In this document: in pieces, positions 45,225-57,142 of the stretch
How the letters are laid out: every line of letters starts with the position of its first letter
Numbering within the stretch: position 1 is the stretch's first letter
Assembly (NCBI GenBank): GCA_013416795.1
Contig: RQSC01001302.1
Coordinates: 62,001 to 126,000 of the forward strand
DNA length: 64,000 nt
DNA from: Prasinococcaceae sp. CCMP 1430
Lineage: Eukaryota; Plantae; Prasinodermophyta
Reading direction: 5' to 3'
Program-made: the position numbers and the translations under genes
Notes under the pieces: generated by a model
Database searches by the model: none
What the model saw: the letters and a program-made list of their open reading frames with translations, nothing else
Told to the model about the DNA's origin: nothing

Positions 45225-45310
45225 GTACATACACATGCGCACGTGCGCACATGCACGTGTATGTACCAGGTACACACCGTACTGTACCAGCCGGGATGGT
45301 ATGATGGTAC
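45225..45310. promoter_or_regulatory. Cluster of six GTAC cores (possible SBP-domain/CuRE-type sites)
   Basis: GTAC at 45225, 45263, 45270, 45279, 45284 and 45307 in the divergent MAPK/translocator intergenic region. Function is inferred. Confidence 0.45.
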
Positions 45311-45467
45311 GTTTGCCTGCGCGTCGCGCCGCGTCGCGCGCTTCCGGCGCTGCGCGCAGTGCCGCGCGGCGCCCCCGCGGCGGCGCGCGGAATCTTTTCC
45401 TGCTTCCCGGGGGCGCGGCACTGGGTGGTGTACCACTACTGGAGTGAGGAGGCCATGCGCAACGAGN

Positions 45468-46884
45468 CGCGGCGGCGCGCGCCGCGGGCGGTGGCGCGGC
45501 GGCGGCACCCGCGCCGACAAGCGCCGAGGGTGGGGGGCTCGACGTCAAGCTCTCGCTCACCTTCGCCGCGTGGTACGCCTGCAATTGCATCTTCAACATC
45601 TACAACAAGACCGCGCTCAACGCGTTCCCGTACCCCTGGGCGATGTGCACCGTGCAGCTCGGCTGCGGCGTGGTGATGATGTGCGCGCTGTGGGCGACGG
45701 GCGTCGTCAAGGCGCCCAAGGTGAACGCCAAGTTCATCAAGGTGCGCACACACGCGCCGCTGTCGGCCCTCGCTTCTCTGCTCTCCTGCAGTTGGACGAG
45801 CCCGCGCGCGCTGTGCGCGCCGCGCGCGCGCTAAAAAATTCGCCCGATGTTCAAAATTTGCGTGCGTTTTGATGAGGGTCGTGAACCCTGAAATATTGGA
45901 CACAGGAACCCGGCGGGTCCGACCTACCCACCATGCATCGCACGTCGCGTTGCCCCGTCTACGGCTAGGCGCGCGCGCCACCTGCGCGCGCGGCCCGCTG
46001 GCTGACGCGCTGGCGCCTCCATCCTGCACGCACGCGCGAACTTACCAACCTGCTGCCGCCGACGACGACGCCGACGCCGCCAACGACGACCCCGCCGACG
46101 ACGCCAACTACACCGCCGACGTCGACGACAACGGTTTGTTGCGCAGGCGCTGGCGCCAGTGGCCTTCTTTCACCTGGTGAACCACGTCGGCGTGTGCATG
46201 GCCATCAACAAGAGCGCGGTGTCCTTCACGCACGTGCTCAAGGCCGCGGAGCCGTTCTACTCTGTGGCCATCTCCGGGCTGATGGGCACATTCTACTCGC
46301 CGCTCGTGTACGCGTCGCTGATCCCCATCGTCGCCGGCATCTCGCTCGCTGTCGTCACCGAACTCAACTTTTCCATGCAGGCTTTCATCACCACGAACGC
46401 CTCCAACGTCGCCACCGTCGTGCGCACCATCATCTCGAAGCGAATGCTGAAGGACTTCGACATCAAGGGCATCAACCTGTACGCGTGGATCTCGATCGTG
46501 GCGTTGGTGTACCTCATCCCGCTCGCCATCTACATGGAGGGCTCGAAGTGGGCCGCCGGGTGGAGCGCGGGCGTCGCCAAGGTCGGCGTTGCCCAGCTCC
46601 TCCACGTCATCCTCGCGAGTGGATTCACATATCACCTCTACAACCAGCTGAGCTACCAGACGCTCGACTCGGTCTCGCCGGTGAGCTTCTCCGTCGCCAA
46701 TGCGCTCAAGCGCGTGGCCATCATCGGCAGCGCCGTGCTGTTCTTCGGCACGCCCATGACGCCGCTCAACGCCGCCGGCTCGGCCCTCGCCGTGCTTGGC
46801 ACGTACCTGTACAGCCGCGCAAAGCTGCGCGAGGAGAACAGCAAGGCTGCCAAGGCCGACGCGACGGCTGTCAAGTCGCAGTAG
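45468..46884 (+). CDS. Plastid phosphate translocator (TPT family, XPT/GPT-like); 5' end lost at N45467
   Basis: Exons <45468..45741 and 46147..46884. WYACNCIFNIYNKTALNAFPYPW, VSFTHVLKAAEPF and VSFSVANALKRV. TGTAA at 46969. Confidence 0.92.
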
Positions 46885-47076
46885 GCCGCACGCTGGCCGG
46901 CCAGGTTGAGCCCCTGTTGATTCACGCAGGAGGGCAGTGCGCCTTAATGCCAACGAGCAACCTCCGTTTGTAACATAAAAGAGCTTGGATGACCACGCGC
47001 CGTGGCATGGCGCTGGGCGGCGCGCGCAGGCGCTCACCCATGGCGCCTGCCCTATGTCTGCGCGGCCATCCAAAGT

Positions 47077-48332
47077 CTACGAACGTTTCTTAAAACAGTA
47101 TGTCGTGTGGAGGCCGATGAGGTCGAAGCACTCCGCCACTGCACCTTTGTCCAGCTTGCGGGCTTCGAGCAGCTTGGCAATGACGGGTGTATGGCGATGG
47201 TCCTCATAGAACTCGGTCATTTGGACCATCTCAACCATCTCGAGGCCGGCGGCCTGCCAGAGCCAGCAATGCGCGCGCCGGGGCAAGCGGCAGCGCGGCC
47301 GCCGCGCAGGGAGTCGGTCAGAGACGGCAACATCGGCGCGCAGGGCACGTGCGCCGGCAGGGGCCCAGGCGCGTACTCCATCTGGCGCCCGCACCAAGAG
47401 ATCGCAGCGTACGCACCTCAGCGACGGCCACGATGCTCGGAATGTGCCCGAGAAAGTGCGCGACCTTGTCGCCCAAACCATCCTCCGCACGCAGCAGAAA
47501 CGGCGTGCCAAAGTACTCAGGCTCGAAGCTATCGCTTTCGAGGAAGAGCGTGAACGCGCGGCTGCGAGTTTTCTGGCCTTGGCCCTTGACCTCGACCTTT
47601 CCCTTTTGCGCGGCGGTCCAAACCGCCGCCTGGTCGAGCATTACGCCGTAGAGCAAGCCACCGGGCTTGAGCAACGCCGCCGCGGTCTGGAAAAAGTGCG
47701 CTGCCGTTTGCTCGTCGCGCAGGTACTCGCTGATGCGCATGTGGCATGTCACTGCATCGGCCGCGCCCAGCCACTCTGGCGGTAGGTTGTCTGCTGTGCC
47801 GTCCCATATCTCGAAGTCTGCCGCGTACTTCTTGCTCTGCAGGACCGCGTGTACGCGCGCGTGCGCGTCCCAGCGGTCAGGGGGCGCGCAAGGAGGCGCG
47901 CGCGAGGGCGTGTCAGGTCGTCGTGGACGAGCGCGAGCGCGAGCGCGAGCGCGCGAGCGCACCAACCTTTGCCTCCCATCGCCCCTTCGCCTCGCCGAGA
48001 GCCGCCTTGGCCTGCTCGGTCCCGCCAGCGCCGGTGCTCGGCTCGAGGAAGAGCCCTTTGGAGATGCCTGCGCGCTCCCACTTGCCGGCGTCGGGACCCG
48101 TGCCACAGCAGAGCTCGACGAGCGCGTCGCCGGGCGACAGCGCCTGCGTTGCGAGCGCCTCCTTGGCGAACTGCTCGCGCGCGCGTGATGCGTGCGTGCC
48201 GGAGCTCCAGGCTATGTCAGCAGGGCAGGCGGGACGCTCGCGTGGCGCGCGAGCAGCAGCATGCGCATGCGCAAGACGTACGTCCAAAAACTGCCGGTAG
48301 ATTCGCGCAGGCGGCGGTCCGCGATAAGACAT
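47077..48332 (-). CDS. mRNA cap guanine-N7 methyltransferase 2-like (At3g52210 type), 283 aa
   Basis: Exons 48282..48332, 47967..48170, 47417..47836 and 47077..47253. IYRQFLD|FAKEA, ELCCGTGPDAGKW, LLKPGGLLYG and FDLIGLHTTYCFKK. Confidence 0.82.
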
Positions 48333-48466
48333 CTCTCCCAGCCCTTTGCGCGGCCACGTAGCCCCCCTCTCCGTCTCCTCGCCCACCTTCCCTCGCCCTC
48401 CCCACTCGCGCGTCTCGCGCCTCAGTCACGCACGCTCTCTCGCGCGTATACACTCCCTTCCTCTGA

Positions 48467-48862
48467 TCAATGCGCCTTCTTCAGCGGCCTGGACATAGGC
48501 GGGTCTAGCGTCAGCTCAAACTTCGGTGCTCCGGGGACGAACCGATTCAGTGCGCGCATCTGCTGGAGGCTCTGCCTGGCCGTCTCGCGGAGCGTCTCGA
48601 TCTCGGCAGGGTCGGTGACGGACGCTTTGCTGCGATACTCCTCCCTTGAGCGACGCGCACGTGGGCTGCGTGGTCAGCGCGGGCGTCGAGGGTTGGGGCG
48701 AGGACGGGGGCTGCGGATGGCGTGAGGGGCGCACCTGATCTCTTCGTAGATGGCCTGCCGCTTCACCGAGGGGAACGCCTTGGCGCCCCGCAGGAGCGCG
48801 CGGTACACGGACAGCGCCTCGCTGCGCGCGCGGCTGGCAGAGCCGGTGAGCGCCCCCCACAT
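48467..48862 (-). CDS. LYR-motif protein, 101 aa
   Basis: Exons 48735..48862 and 48467..48644. ALSVYRALLRGAKAFP..EIR|EEYRSKASVTDPAEIETL. Confidence 0.82.
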
Positions 48863-49661
48863 GCACCGCGCGGCGTGCCCGGTTGGGCCCCGGCCGGCGC
48901 GCGGAGGGCGCGCGCCCCGCTGACCGCGGCCGGCCGCCGACGGCGACAGGAGCCGAACCCGGCGCACACTCCCCACTGCGCGGCGTCACGCAAGCGCGAG
49001 CTTTCGCGTGCGAGCGTGTTCAGGCGCGTGGAGACGCACGGGGGGGGGGGGGGGAGGCGGGGGAGGGTGTGTGGCGGCGCGGCCGCATTGCTCGCCGCCT
49101 GGGCCGCGGACGGGTCGCCGCGTCGCCGGCACGATCTCAGTGCCCGTCTCTCGGAGTCACACATGCATGAAGAAACACGTTCTCGCGCCGCTGATGAGCG
49201 ATGCGAAAGAGCCCCCGCTCGAAGAATGTTCGGAATGCTCGGAAGAAGCCTATTTACCCGGGTTCGTCTCGGCGTCCCACCCCTGGGTAAGATTTCCTCC
49301 CCGGGATGCTTCGCGCTCGCCGCGCGGTCCAAGAGAGGCTCGAGACCAGGAGCGAACCCTCTTCGAGAGTCAACGGTCTACAGTACTTGTACCGTGATGA
49401 TCCATCAGTAGTCCTACAGAACGGTACTCGACCATCAGACTGGACAGTACTTCGAAAGGGTGCGTTCGAGGCGCGTTTCGATGGCGGCCTGGGCCTGTCC
49501 CCCGGACGGGCGCGAGCGAGCGCGGGCGCCGGGCGCGGGCCCGGGAGCGCCGCGCGCCGATGGCGAGCACCACACGGCGCGCGGCAGGCTCGCGCGTGCG
49601 CGCCGGCGGGGTGGGGAGAGGTTCTGGCAGAGAGCGAGACAGCGAGCGGGCAGGAGAGCTC

Positions 49662-51002
49662 ATGTCGGAGGGTCGCACTGCGTCGTTCGTGCCCGCAGCG
49701 CAGCGATTTAGCGGCGAGGCGGGCAGGGGCAGCGGCGACGGCACTGGCGGCAGCGGGGCAGGCGGTTGGCTCGCGGCGCCGGTCGACGCGCCGCTGCGCA
49801 GCGCACTGGCGACGCCCGTCACCGACGAGCGCTTCCTCGATCCTGCCGACGACCTGCTCGAGGATGACCACCTGCTGGCAGACTACTTCGGCCAGCGGTT
49901 CGGAGGTGCGGGTGGACAGAGCTTCAGGGAAGCGTTGCAGGTGCCTGCATCGGGCAAGAGGGATCGCGGCAGCGGCGGCAGCGGCAGCGGCAGCGACGGC
50001 AGCGGTGCGGACGGGTGGGTTAGCAGTGCAAGCCCCACGCCTGAGGGTCCTAGGAAGGACGAGGACAGCCACGCACGTTCCGCCCACGACGATGCAGAAA
50101 TCAGCGGAAGCGACGCCGACGAAAATCGCTCCGGTGCGGTCGCTGAGGCGAACCAGAGCCAACGCACAGCGCGCAGGGGCACAGAGAGAGCGCGTCCATT
50201 GCGTCGCATCAGGGCGCAGCCGCGCCCAGCGTGGAACGACGACGTCAAGGTGAGCGACGGCCGCCTTTTGCGAGCAGGCACGCTGGTGAGGCGTCAGCAG
50301 TGGCGGGAGAGCGAGCACCGGCCATGGCGAGAAAGAAGTTATCGCGAAAGCGAAAGTGGGCACAGCAGCGACTCCGAGCGCGAGCACGAGGGCGCTGGCA
50401 AACGTGAGTACGAGCGCCGGGGTGTCGTGTTTGTCGACGGAGACGGCTATGATGACGTGCGGCACCAACGCCGCGCTGCCGGCGCCAACGCGCCGGGAGC
50501 GGCGGGCCCGACCAGCAGCGCGCCCCCCCGCAGTTCTCGACATCTGCGCCCCGCAGCCCTCGGTGAGCACAATGGTCGCATCCATAGCTCACCGCCCTCA
50601 AAGCCGCCGCCGCCCGCAGAGGCACGTGGTGCGACCTTGCTCAAGCACATTTGGCCCCGTGCGCACGGGTCGCGCGCGCATGCACGCTCGCCGCACGTGC
50701 GCAGCCCAAACCATGAGGCACGCGCAAAGACGGCGGACAACTCGCCAAAAGCGGCGGCGAAGAAGCTTGCAGAAGCTACTGCGCGCCACTTGATGGACGT
50801 CGACTCTGACGACTCTGCGACGGAGTGGGACGCCGGGGCGCATCCACTCGCGCGCGCGATGTCACCGTCTAGCGCGAACGACGAGCGTGCGCTACGCGAA
50901 AGGCTGGAAGCCATGCCGCGCGACGAGCTGCTCGCACTGGCCTCCGCGCTGCTCACACAAGTCCAAGAGGCAGTAGGCATCCATGCGCGCATGGGCACGT
51001 GA
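49662..51002 (+). CDS. Low-complexity disordered protein with short helical C-terminus, function unknown
   Basis: Long ORF from ATG 49662, G/S/R/D/E-rich, ending LRERLEAMPRDELLALASALL. Splicing not excluded. Confidence 0.6.
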   Translation: MSEGRTASFVPAAQRFSGEAGRGSGDGTGGSGAGGWLAAPVDAPLRSALATPVTDERFLDPADDLLEDDHLLADYFGQRFGGAGGQSFREALQVPASGKRDRGSGGSGSGSDGSGADGWVSSASPTPEGPRKDEDSHARSAHDDAEISGSDADENRSGAVAEANQSQRTARRGTERARPLRRIRAQPRPAWNDDVKVSDGRLLRAGTLVRRQQWRESEHRPWRERSYRESESGHSSDSEREHEGAGKREYERRGVVFVDGDGYDDVRHQRRAAGANAPGAAGPTSSAPPRSSRHLRPAALGEHNGRIHSSPPSKPPPPAEARGATLLKHIWPRAHGSRAHARSPHVRSPNHEARAKTADNSPKAAAKKLAEATARHLMDVDSDDSATEWDAGAHPLARAMSPSSANDERALRERLEAMPRDELLALASALLTQVQEAVGIHARMGT

Positions 51003-51362
51003 TCACGCCATGGGGTGTCGTCACGCACCCAAGCTATTTCGTTGTTCGCAGGTTTGCTGACCCTGACACTAATAATTCCACCTTGGAAACGGATGATTGT
51101 GTGCACACATGTCTTTCTCGCACAGGCGGGTTGCATGCCTCACTCGCTTGCGCGCGCGCATGGTGACGGCGCCTTCCGAGTAGCCACGGCCAGCTAGCTG
51201 GCCAACAGTACATCTGTTACCATCTGCGAGACATTGCTCGCATGCTGGCTGGATTGCACAGCTATGGATAGTCTGTGCCACGCCATCCCGCGTGCGTTTG
51301 CTGGCGAGGACCCGTGCGCGCACTCCCTCACGCGCCCGAGCGTTTCTCACACAAGCGCCCGT

Positions 51363-52165
51363 TTAGACCGCAGCGGCCTTGGCAGCGCCGCTCAGCTTCT
51401 CCTCGAGGTCCGCCAGCTTGCTGTTCGCGCGCGCGATGCAGGCGAAAGTCACGAAGAAAAAGAAGAGGGTGGCCACACCAAACATGATGAAACCCGCAAC
51501 CTGGAGAGTGAGTGCGCATGTGCGCGCAGAGTGCGAGCGTTAGCGGTGCGGGTGCGCACAGAGTGTGCGTGCGAGTACAAGCGAGCGTGTGCAACATCGC
51601 GAGCCAATGCGCGGAGGGGCGCGCGTGGCCCCTAGCCCCACCCCACCCCCCATGCGAGCGCGCGCGATTTGCTCCCTACGCCGTGTATTTGCTTGCTCTC
51701 GCCTAGTCTCGCCGGACTCATCCATACAGCCACTCGCACACGTGTCGCGCCCAGTCGTGGGCGCGCGCAGGGTGTGCGGCAGCAGTGCGCGGACGGACAC
51801 GCCCTGGATGGCAAAGCCCTTGTCGCAGGCAGCAGGACAGCAACGCAAGCAAGCCCAAGAACGCGATCGCATTCGTCGGCGGGGGATCACGCGCGAGCAG
51901 GGCTCGCACACTCTCACGGAGGCGGGACAGGCAAGGATGCGCACGCTCTTCTCCCCCCACACCGCCCCACCCTTCCCTCCATCTCCGCTGCGCCTGCCCG
52001 CCCCAGACTACCTCACCCGCCTCCCACCCCAAACCCACTCCGCCCACGCCCGTCGTGCGTGGCGAGCGCGCCCGCGCGCGCGCGCACCTCGGTGCCCTTG
52101 AGGTACGACGATGGCGCAGTCGACTCGAGGGTCGGGATGTCCGCCATGAGTCCGCGCATCGCCAT
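51363..52165 (-). CDS. 71-aa single-TM microprotein, spliced
   Basis: Exons 52088..52165 and 51363..51500; intron 51501..52087 (GTGCGC..GCTAAC..CTCCAG). Product MAMRGLMADIPTLESTAPSSYLKGTE|VAGFIMFGVATLFFFFVTFACIARANSKLADLEEKLSGAAKAAAV. Confidence 0.7.
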
Positions 52166-53249
52166 GGTGTTTGATCGGCCGGGGGGGAGCGGGGGGAGTG
52201 GCGTGGCGTTCGGTCCGGTGCGCGTGTGTGGCGCGCGCGCGCACGCGCGCGTGCACGCACCCTCGCCCCAGCCCGACCAAGGGTTGGATTCCAGCCTTCC
52301 ATATATCGCAGGCGGGTGCGCAGGCGCGGGATCCGCGCGGGGTTGCCCCCTCCGCACGGGTGCGGACCACACCCGCGACGGCCGCCGCGCGCAGCGGTGG
52401 CGGCTGCGCGCCGGGGAACCGGAACCGGAACCGCCGCCGAAAGCGGAAGCCGGCCGGAAAATTTTCCCACCGGATAGATAGTGTGCAATGTCGCCGAATC
52501 AAGAGCCCAAAAAAGCGCGCGCACGAAAGAGCGCGCCCCCGAAAAGCGCGCCGCGCCGGAAGCGGGAGCAGTGGCGGGGCGCGCGCCACCTCCAGCCGCA
52601 GCCCCAGCCAGCCAGCCAGCCGGGGGCGCGCGCCCGCCCGCCCGCCCACCCGCCTGCGGCCTCTGCCGCGTGGTTGCGCGAGGCAGGGAGGGAGGCGCGC
52701 GAGTGCACAGCTACCTTGTCGAGAGGGCTGCTCGGCTGCTTCGGCTGAGGGGCGGGCGCAGGTGCCAGGTTTTTTGATGGTACGCTTGGAGGCCCGGCCG
52801 GCCGGTGCCCGTGGGGACGCGTGCACGTGGCCAGCCTGGACTGCCCTTTTTTATTGTGCGGGATTTTGCGGGATTTGGGGGGTGAAACAGCTGGGGAAAA
52901 AAAACTGCAGAAAAGTTTGGTTTGGGCGGGTGCGCAGGGGCTAGCAGTGCGCGCGCGGGTGCGGCGTATGCTGCCGGGAGCGACGATAGACGGTTAATTC
53001 GGCGGTCTCGCTGACAAGTGGGTCAAGGCCCAGCCTGTCAATCGCCGCACACCATCGGGGTGCGCCACACCGAGCGCGGGCGTCCTCCCCATCTTTCCCA
53101 CCCCCCACCCCCGCCGGTGCCCGACTGTCCACCGGCAGTGGCCTGCGCGGCGCGCGGGTTGCCGGCGCCGACCATTCTCCTGGCCGCCAGCCGCCATCGC
53201 GGGCGGCTCGCCGCGCAGCTTGGCCTCACGCGTACTCGGGCTGCGAGCG

Positions 53250-54819
53250 ATGGGCGTGGAAAGTAAGGTGACACCGGAGGCTGGAGGGGCGGGGGCGGGT
53301 GGTGACAGTGCAGAAAAGGGCCCCGCTGAGGTGTCTGCGCATGGCCGCACGCAACGCTCGAAACAGACGCTGCGGGATGTCGCTGTCACAAGCGATACTG
53401 TGCCCGTGGCAGCCACCGGCATCGCTCCCGTCAAAGTGCGCGGCGGAAAGGTCTGCCACCGCGGCGACGAGTCCGCATTCGACGCGCCACGGGCGCTCGT
53501 ACTCTCGCGCCACTGCATGGCCGCATACCTTGCGCCCGATGACACCGGCGCGATGCACCGCGAGCCACCTGAGTGGATGCTTCCCAGCATGGAGGAGCAG
53601 GTGACAGAACCTTCGACCGAGGATGGGGCTGAACGAAAGGACGGCCCACCGGACGAACCGAGCCTGCGCACTGCGCTCCGCAACGGCCTTGGCCTCGGCC
53701 CCCCAATCAAGCTGCTGGAGTGGGTAGACCACGCGCAGAGCGACACGCAGATGTATTTCGCGGAAGCTCAAGCGCCGGGGCATGCGGGCCCAGAATTGCT
53801 CGTCGTGTTCCGCGGCACCACCTCTATGAAAGATTGGTTGAACGATCTCGCCGTGGCGAAGACGTACTTCGAACCCGCTGACGACACGTACGAGGACATC
53901 ATCGGCTGCGGGTCGTACTGCGCACAGGTGGCATGCTGCGGCTGGCAGAGACCACTCGTGCACATGGGAAATTACAGGGCGTACATGGCGGTGCGCGGTG
54001 CGTACGACGTGGCAACCCGCGCGCGCATGCAATCGTCCAGCGCGCCGCGCGAGGCCATCCTCTGACGCGCCGCCCCTACTCACATTGCGAAATGCCGATT
54101 TGACGCCCGTTTATGCGCGCGTTCTCAGAGCACATACAGCGCCACGTGCGCTGGGATAGGCCTGGCGGCATCGGACGGCTCACGATCTGCGGGCACTCAC
54201 TTGGCGCAGCGCTGGCGACGCTTGCACTGGCGGACGCGGTGGCTATGCTCGGCCCCAGCCAGATCGTCAAGAGTGGCTGCCCCGTCGAACTCTTCACGGT
54301 ACGCGAGCGAGCGCATGCGATCCTGCGCTTTGACACAAGCACAGCTAACGCGTCTTGTTTCTGTCGCGGGGCACGGGTGGGCATACTTAGATCGGGTCGC
54401 CGCGTGTGGGCACAGCAGGATTCTTGGCTTACGTCGCCGCGCTCGTGCAGCCCCTGGTGTCAGCAAACCTGTTTCGCAACGCCCGATGCGTCAACGATGT
54501 GGATATCGTACCCAGGGTGCCCCCAATAGCCCTGGGGTTTCGTCACATGGGCGAACTGCACCTCTTTCTGGAGAGCGAGCGCGACTCCGAGCCCGATGCT
54601 GGAAGAGCCGTGCTGGTCATCGGCGGTGAACAAAGGGACGCGCACGAGGGGAAGCTGTGGACTCTCCTTCGCTCTGGGAAAGAACTCGCGATGGACCACA
54701 TGGCATTCTCTTATCACGCGTCCGTGCACGACCAGCTGCAAGTGCCCGCGCAGGCGACCGCTACGAAGGAGGAGGAGAAGGCCTGCGCGCCAGCTTTGGG
54801 GGGAGATGGCGTCGCGTAG
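53250..54819 (+). CDS. Class 3 lipase, 448 aa
   Basis: Exons 53250..53997, 54129..54298 and 54391..54819. VVFRGTTSMKDW, GHSLG nucleophile, FT|IGSPRVG, NDVDIVPRVP and a late DH. Confidence 0.92.
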
Positions 54820-54936
54820 CAAGAAGGCAGGCGCGCGAGCGCGCCAGCGATCGCCGACGAGCGCTGCTTCTCCAGGCTCTCGCGCGCGGCGCCTATCGCT
54901 GCGCGCGTGTGCCCGCGCGTATACACAAACCACGCA

Positions 54937-56261
54937 TTAATTCGACGCGCAGTAGTGCTCGAGCACGTCCTCGAGCGCCTCGCGCGGGTAGTCTCCGGTG
55001 AAGACGCACTTGCCAAGCTCGCCCTTGAGCAGTATAAGTCTGATCTGCCCGCCCTTGTTCTTCTTGTCCACGGACATGTACTTGATGAACTCGTCCTTGG
55101 TCATGCCCGTGCCCGACACATCCACTGGCGTGCCGATGCGCCGCAGGAGAGCCTCAGTGCGTTCGAAGATGGAGGCGTCGCACCAGCCCATGTCGGCGGA
55201 CATCTTGGCAGCCATGCACATGCCCGCACTGACAGCCTCGCCGTGCAGCCACTCACCGTAGCCCACGCCCGTCTCGACGGCGTGGCCAAAGGTGTGACCG
55301 AGGTTGAGCGTGGCGCGCAGGCCAGCCTCCTTCTCATCCTCGGCCACGATGGCAGCCTGCGTCGATCGGCATCGCAGCGAGTGGAGCGCGCGGGCACGCG
55401 TCAGCGTCAAGCGCCCGAGCGAGCGCGTGTGGGCGTCAGCAGGCGAACGCAGGAGGCAAAGCGCGAGCGCAGCCCAGACGCTCGTGCGTTCCAGCGCGCA
55501 CAGCTCGTCCACACACTGCGCCCCGGGCTGCTGTCTTGGCTCACCTTGATCTCGCACGAGCGCTTGACGACGTGCGCCAGCGCCGCTGCGTCCTTGGCGA
55601 GGATAGCGTCCACGTTCTCCTCGAGCCACACGAAAAGCTCCGCGTCCCAGATGAGGCCATACTTGACGACCTCCGCGACACCGCTCGCGAGCTCGCGCTG
55701 TGGCAGCGATGCGAGCGTCTCCGTGTCGATGAGCACGCACTGCGGCTGGTAGAAGGCGCCGATCATGTTTTTCCCCAGCGGGTGGTTCACGCCCGTCTTG
55801 CCTCCTACGGAGGAGTCCACCATCGCCATGAGTGTCGTCGGCACCTGCACGAAGTCCACACCCCGCTGGTACGCCGACGCGGCAAAACCCGTCATGTCGC
55901 CGACCACACCGCCGCCGAGCGCGACGAAGGTTGCGTCCCTGCCCAGGCGGCACTCCATGGCCTTGTCCCACGCCATCATCAGCGTGGCCAGGTCCTTGTG
56001 CTCCTCGCCGTCTGGAAACGCCACCGCGTCCACTTGCGTGCCGCTGCCCTCGGAGAGCGCCGCGGCACACCGCTCGAGGTATAGCGGCGCGACGGTCTCG
56101 TTTGACACAACGAGGGCACGGTCGCCACGCACGTGGCGCTGCAGCAATTCGGCGTTGTCGAGCAAGCCCGTGCCGATGTAGATGGGGTACGAGCGGTCGC
56201 CCAGGTCCACGTCGACCGTCGCGACGAGCTCGCCACGCTTCTGCGCGGCGGCGGCGGCCAT
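54937..56261 (-). CDS. aroB: 3-dehydroquinate synthase; transit-peptide start uncertain
   Basis: Exons 55545..56261 and 54937..55356. [34 protein letters not shown] and [13 protein letters not shown] transit peptide could come from ATG 56377 via a 44-nt intron. Confidence 0.96.
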
Positions 56262-57142
56262 GCCGCGCGCAGCAGCGCGGCGCGGCGCGCAGAGCAGCGG
56301 CTGTGGCGCCGCCCCATACCCCACCCCCCTTGCACGGCACGCACGCGCCCAGCGGCGGCCGAAACCCCGCAAAGCATCCCCGAAATCGCCGGCCGCTCCT
56401 CCCGCGCTCTCTGGCGCCGCCCCGCGCCACCACAGGTGAGCAACGCTTCATCGATGAAGTCAATACTTCAACCCACGGGAGACACAATGAGCCACCGCCA
56501 CGCGTTTCGCGGAGCCGATGGCGTCACGCGGCGCGAAGCGACGCTTCCGCGCAGGCCACCCCTACACACCCACACTCACACCCACGCCCACCCCACCCCC
56601 ACCCACCCACCGAGCGTTTCACCCGGGAAATGACCCCAGCTCTCGACCGCACGACTCGCGAGCCCCCTCGTCGACCCCCGACCGACCCACCGAGGACTCA
56701 CGACGAGGCACCCCACCGCGCGTGCGGCGCCTCCCACCCACGATGGATGGTGAGGATCTCATCATCCGGAGTGCCTCTCCCTGCCGCCGGGCCGGGGGAC
56801 GCCGCTGCCGGACCCGCACGCGCGCCCACGCGGCCGCGGTACAGATCGAGCTCGAGGCGCCGCAGTCCGACCCTATTCTCGACGACCCTAAATATGAGTT
56901 CTCAGCCCCAACCTCAGCCCCGGTCGGGCGCCAGCTTGCGGCCGCAGGATCGGAGGATGCGGCGCCTCTTCGCCGGGAGAGGCCGGGAGAGCGCGCCACG
57001 CGGGCGGCGCGCGCGTGGCGTCGGAGAAAAGCGCGAGGGGCGCGCCTCCCTCCCTCCCTCCCGCTCGCTCGCCGCTCGCTCGCCGCTCGCTCGCCGCTCG
57101 CTCCCCCCGCGCCCCAAACACACACACACCGACGCAGCTGTN

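Noticed and set aside
49394-49445. C/D-box snoRNA (GTGATGA box C); also ATGATGA on the minus strand near 56760
   Set aside because: No properly placed CTGA box D or terminal stem.
56262-56487. aroB without a transit peptide (cytosolic enzyme)
   Set aside because: A transit-like N-terminus can be built from ATG 56377 via a short intron; unresolved without RNA data.
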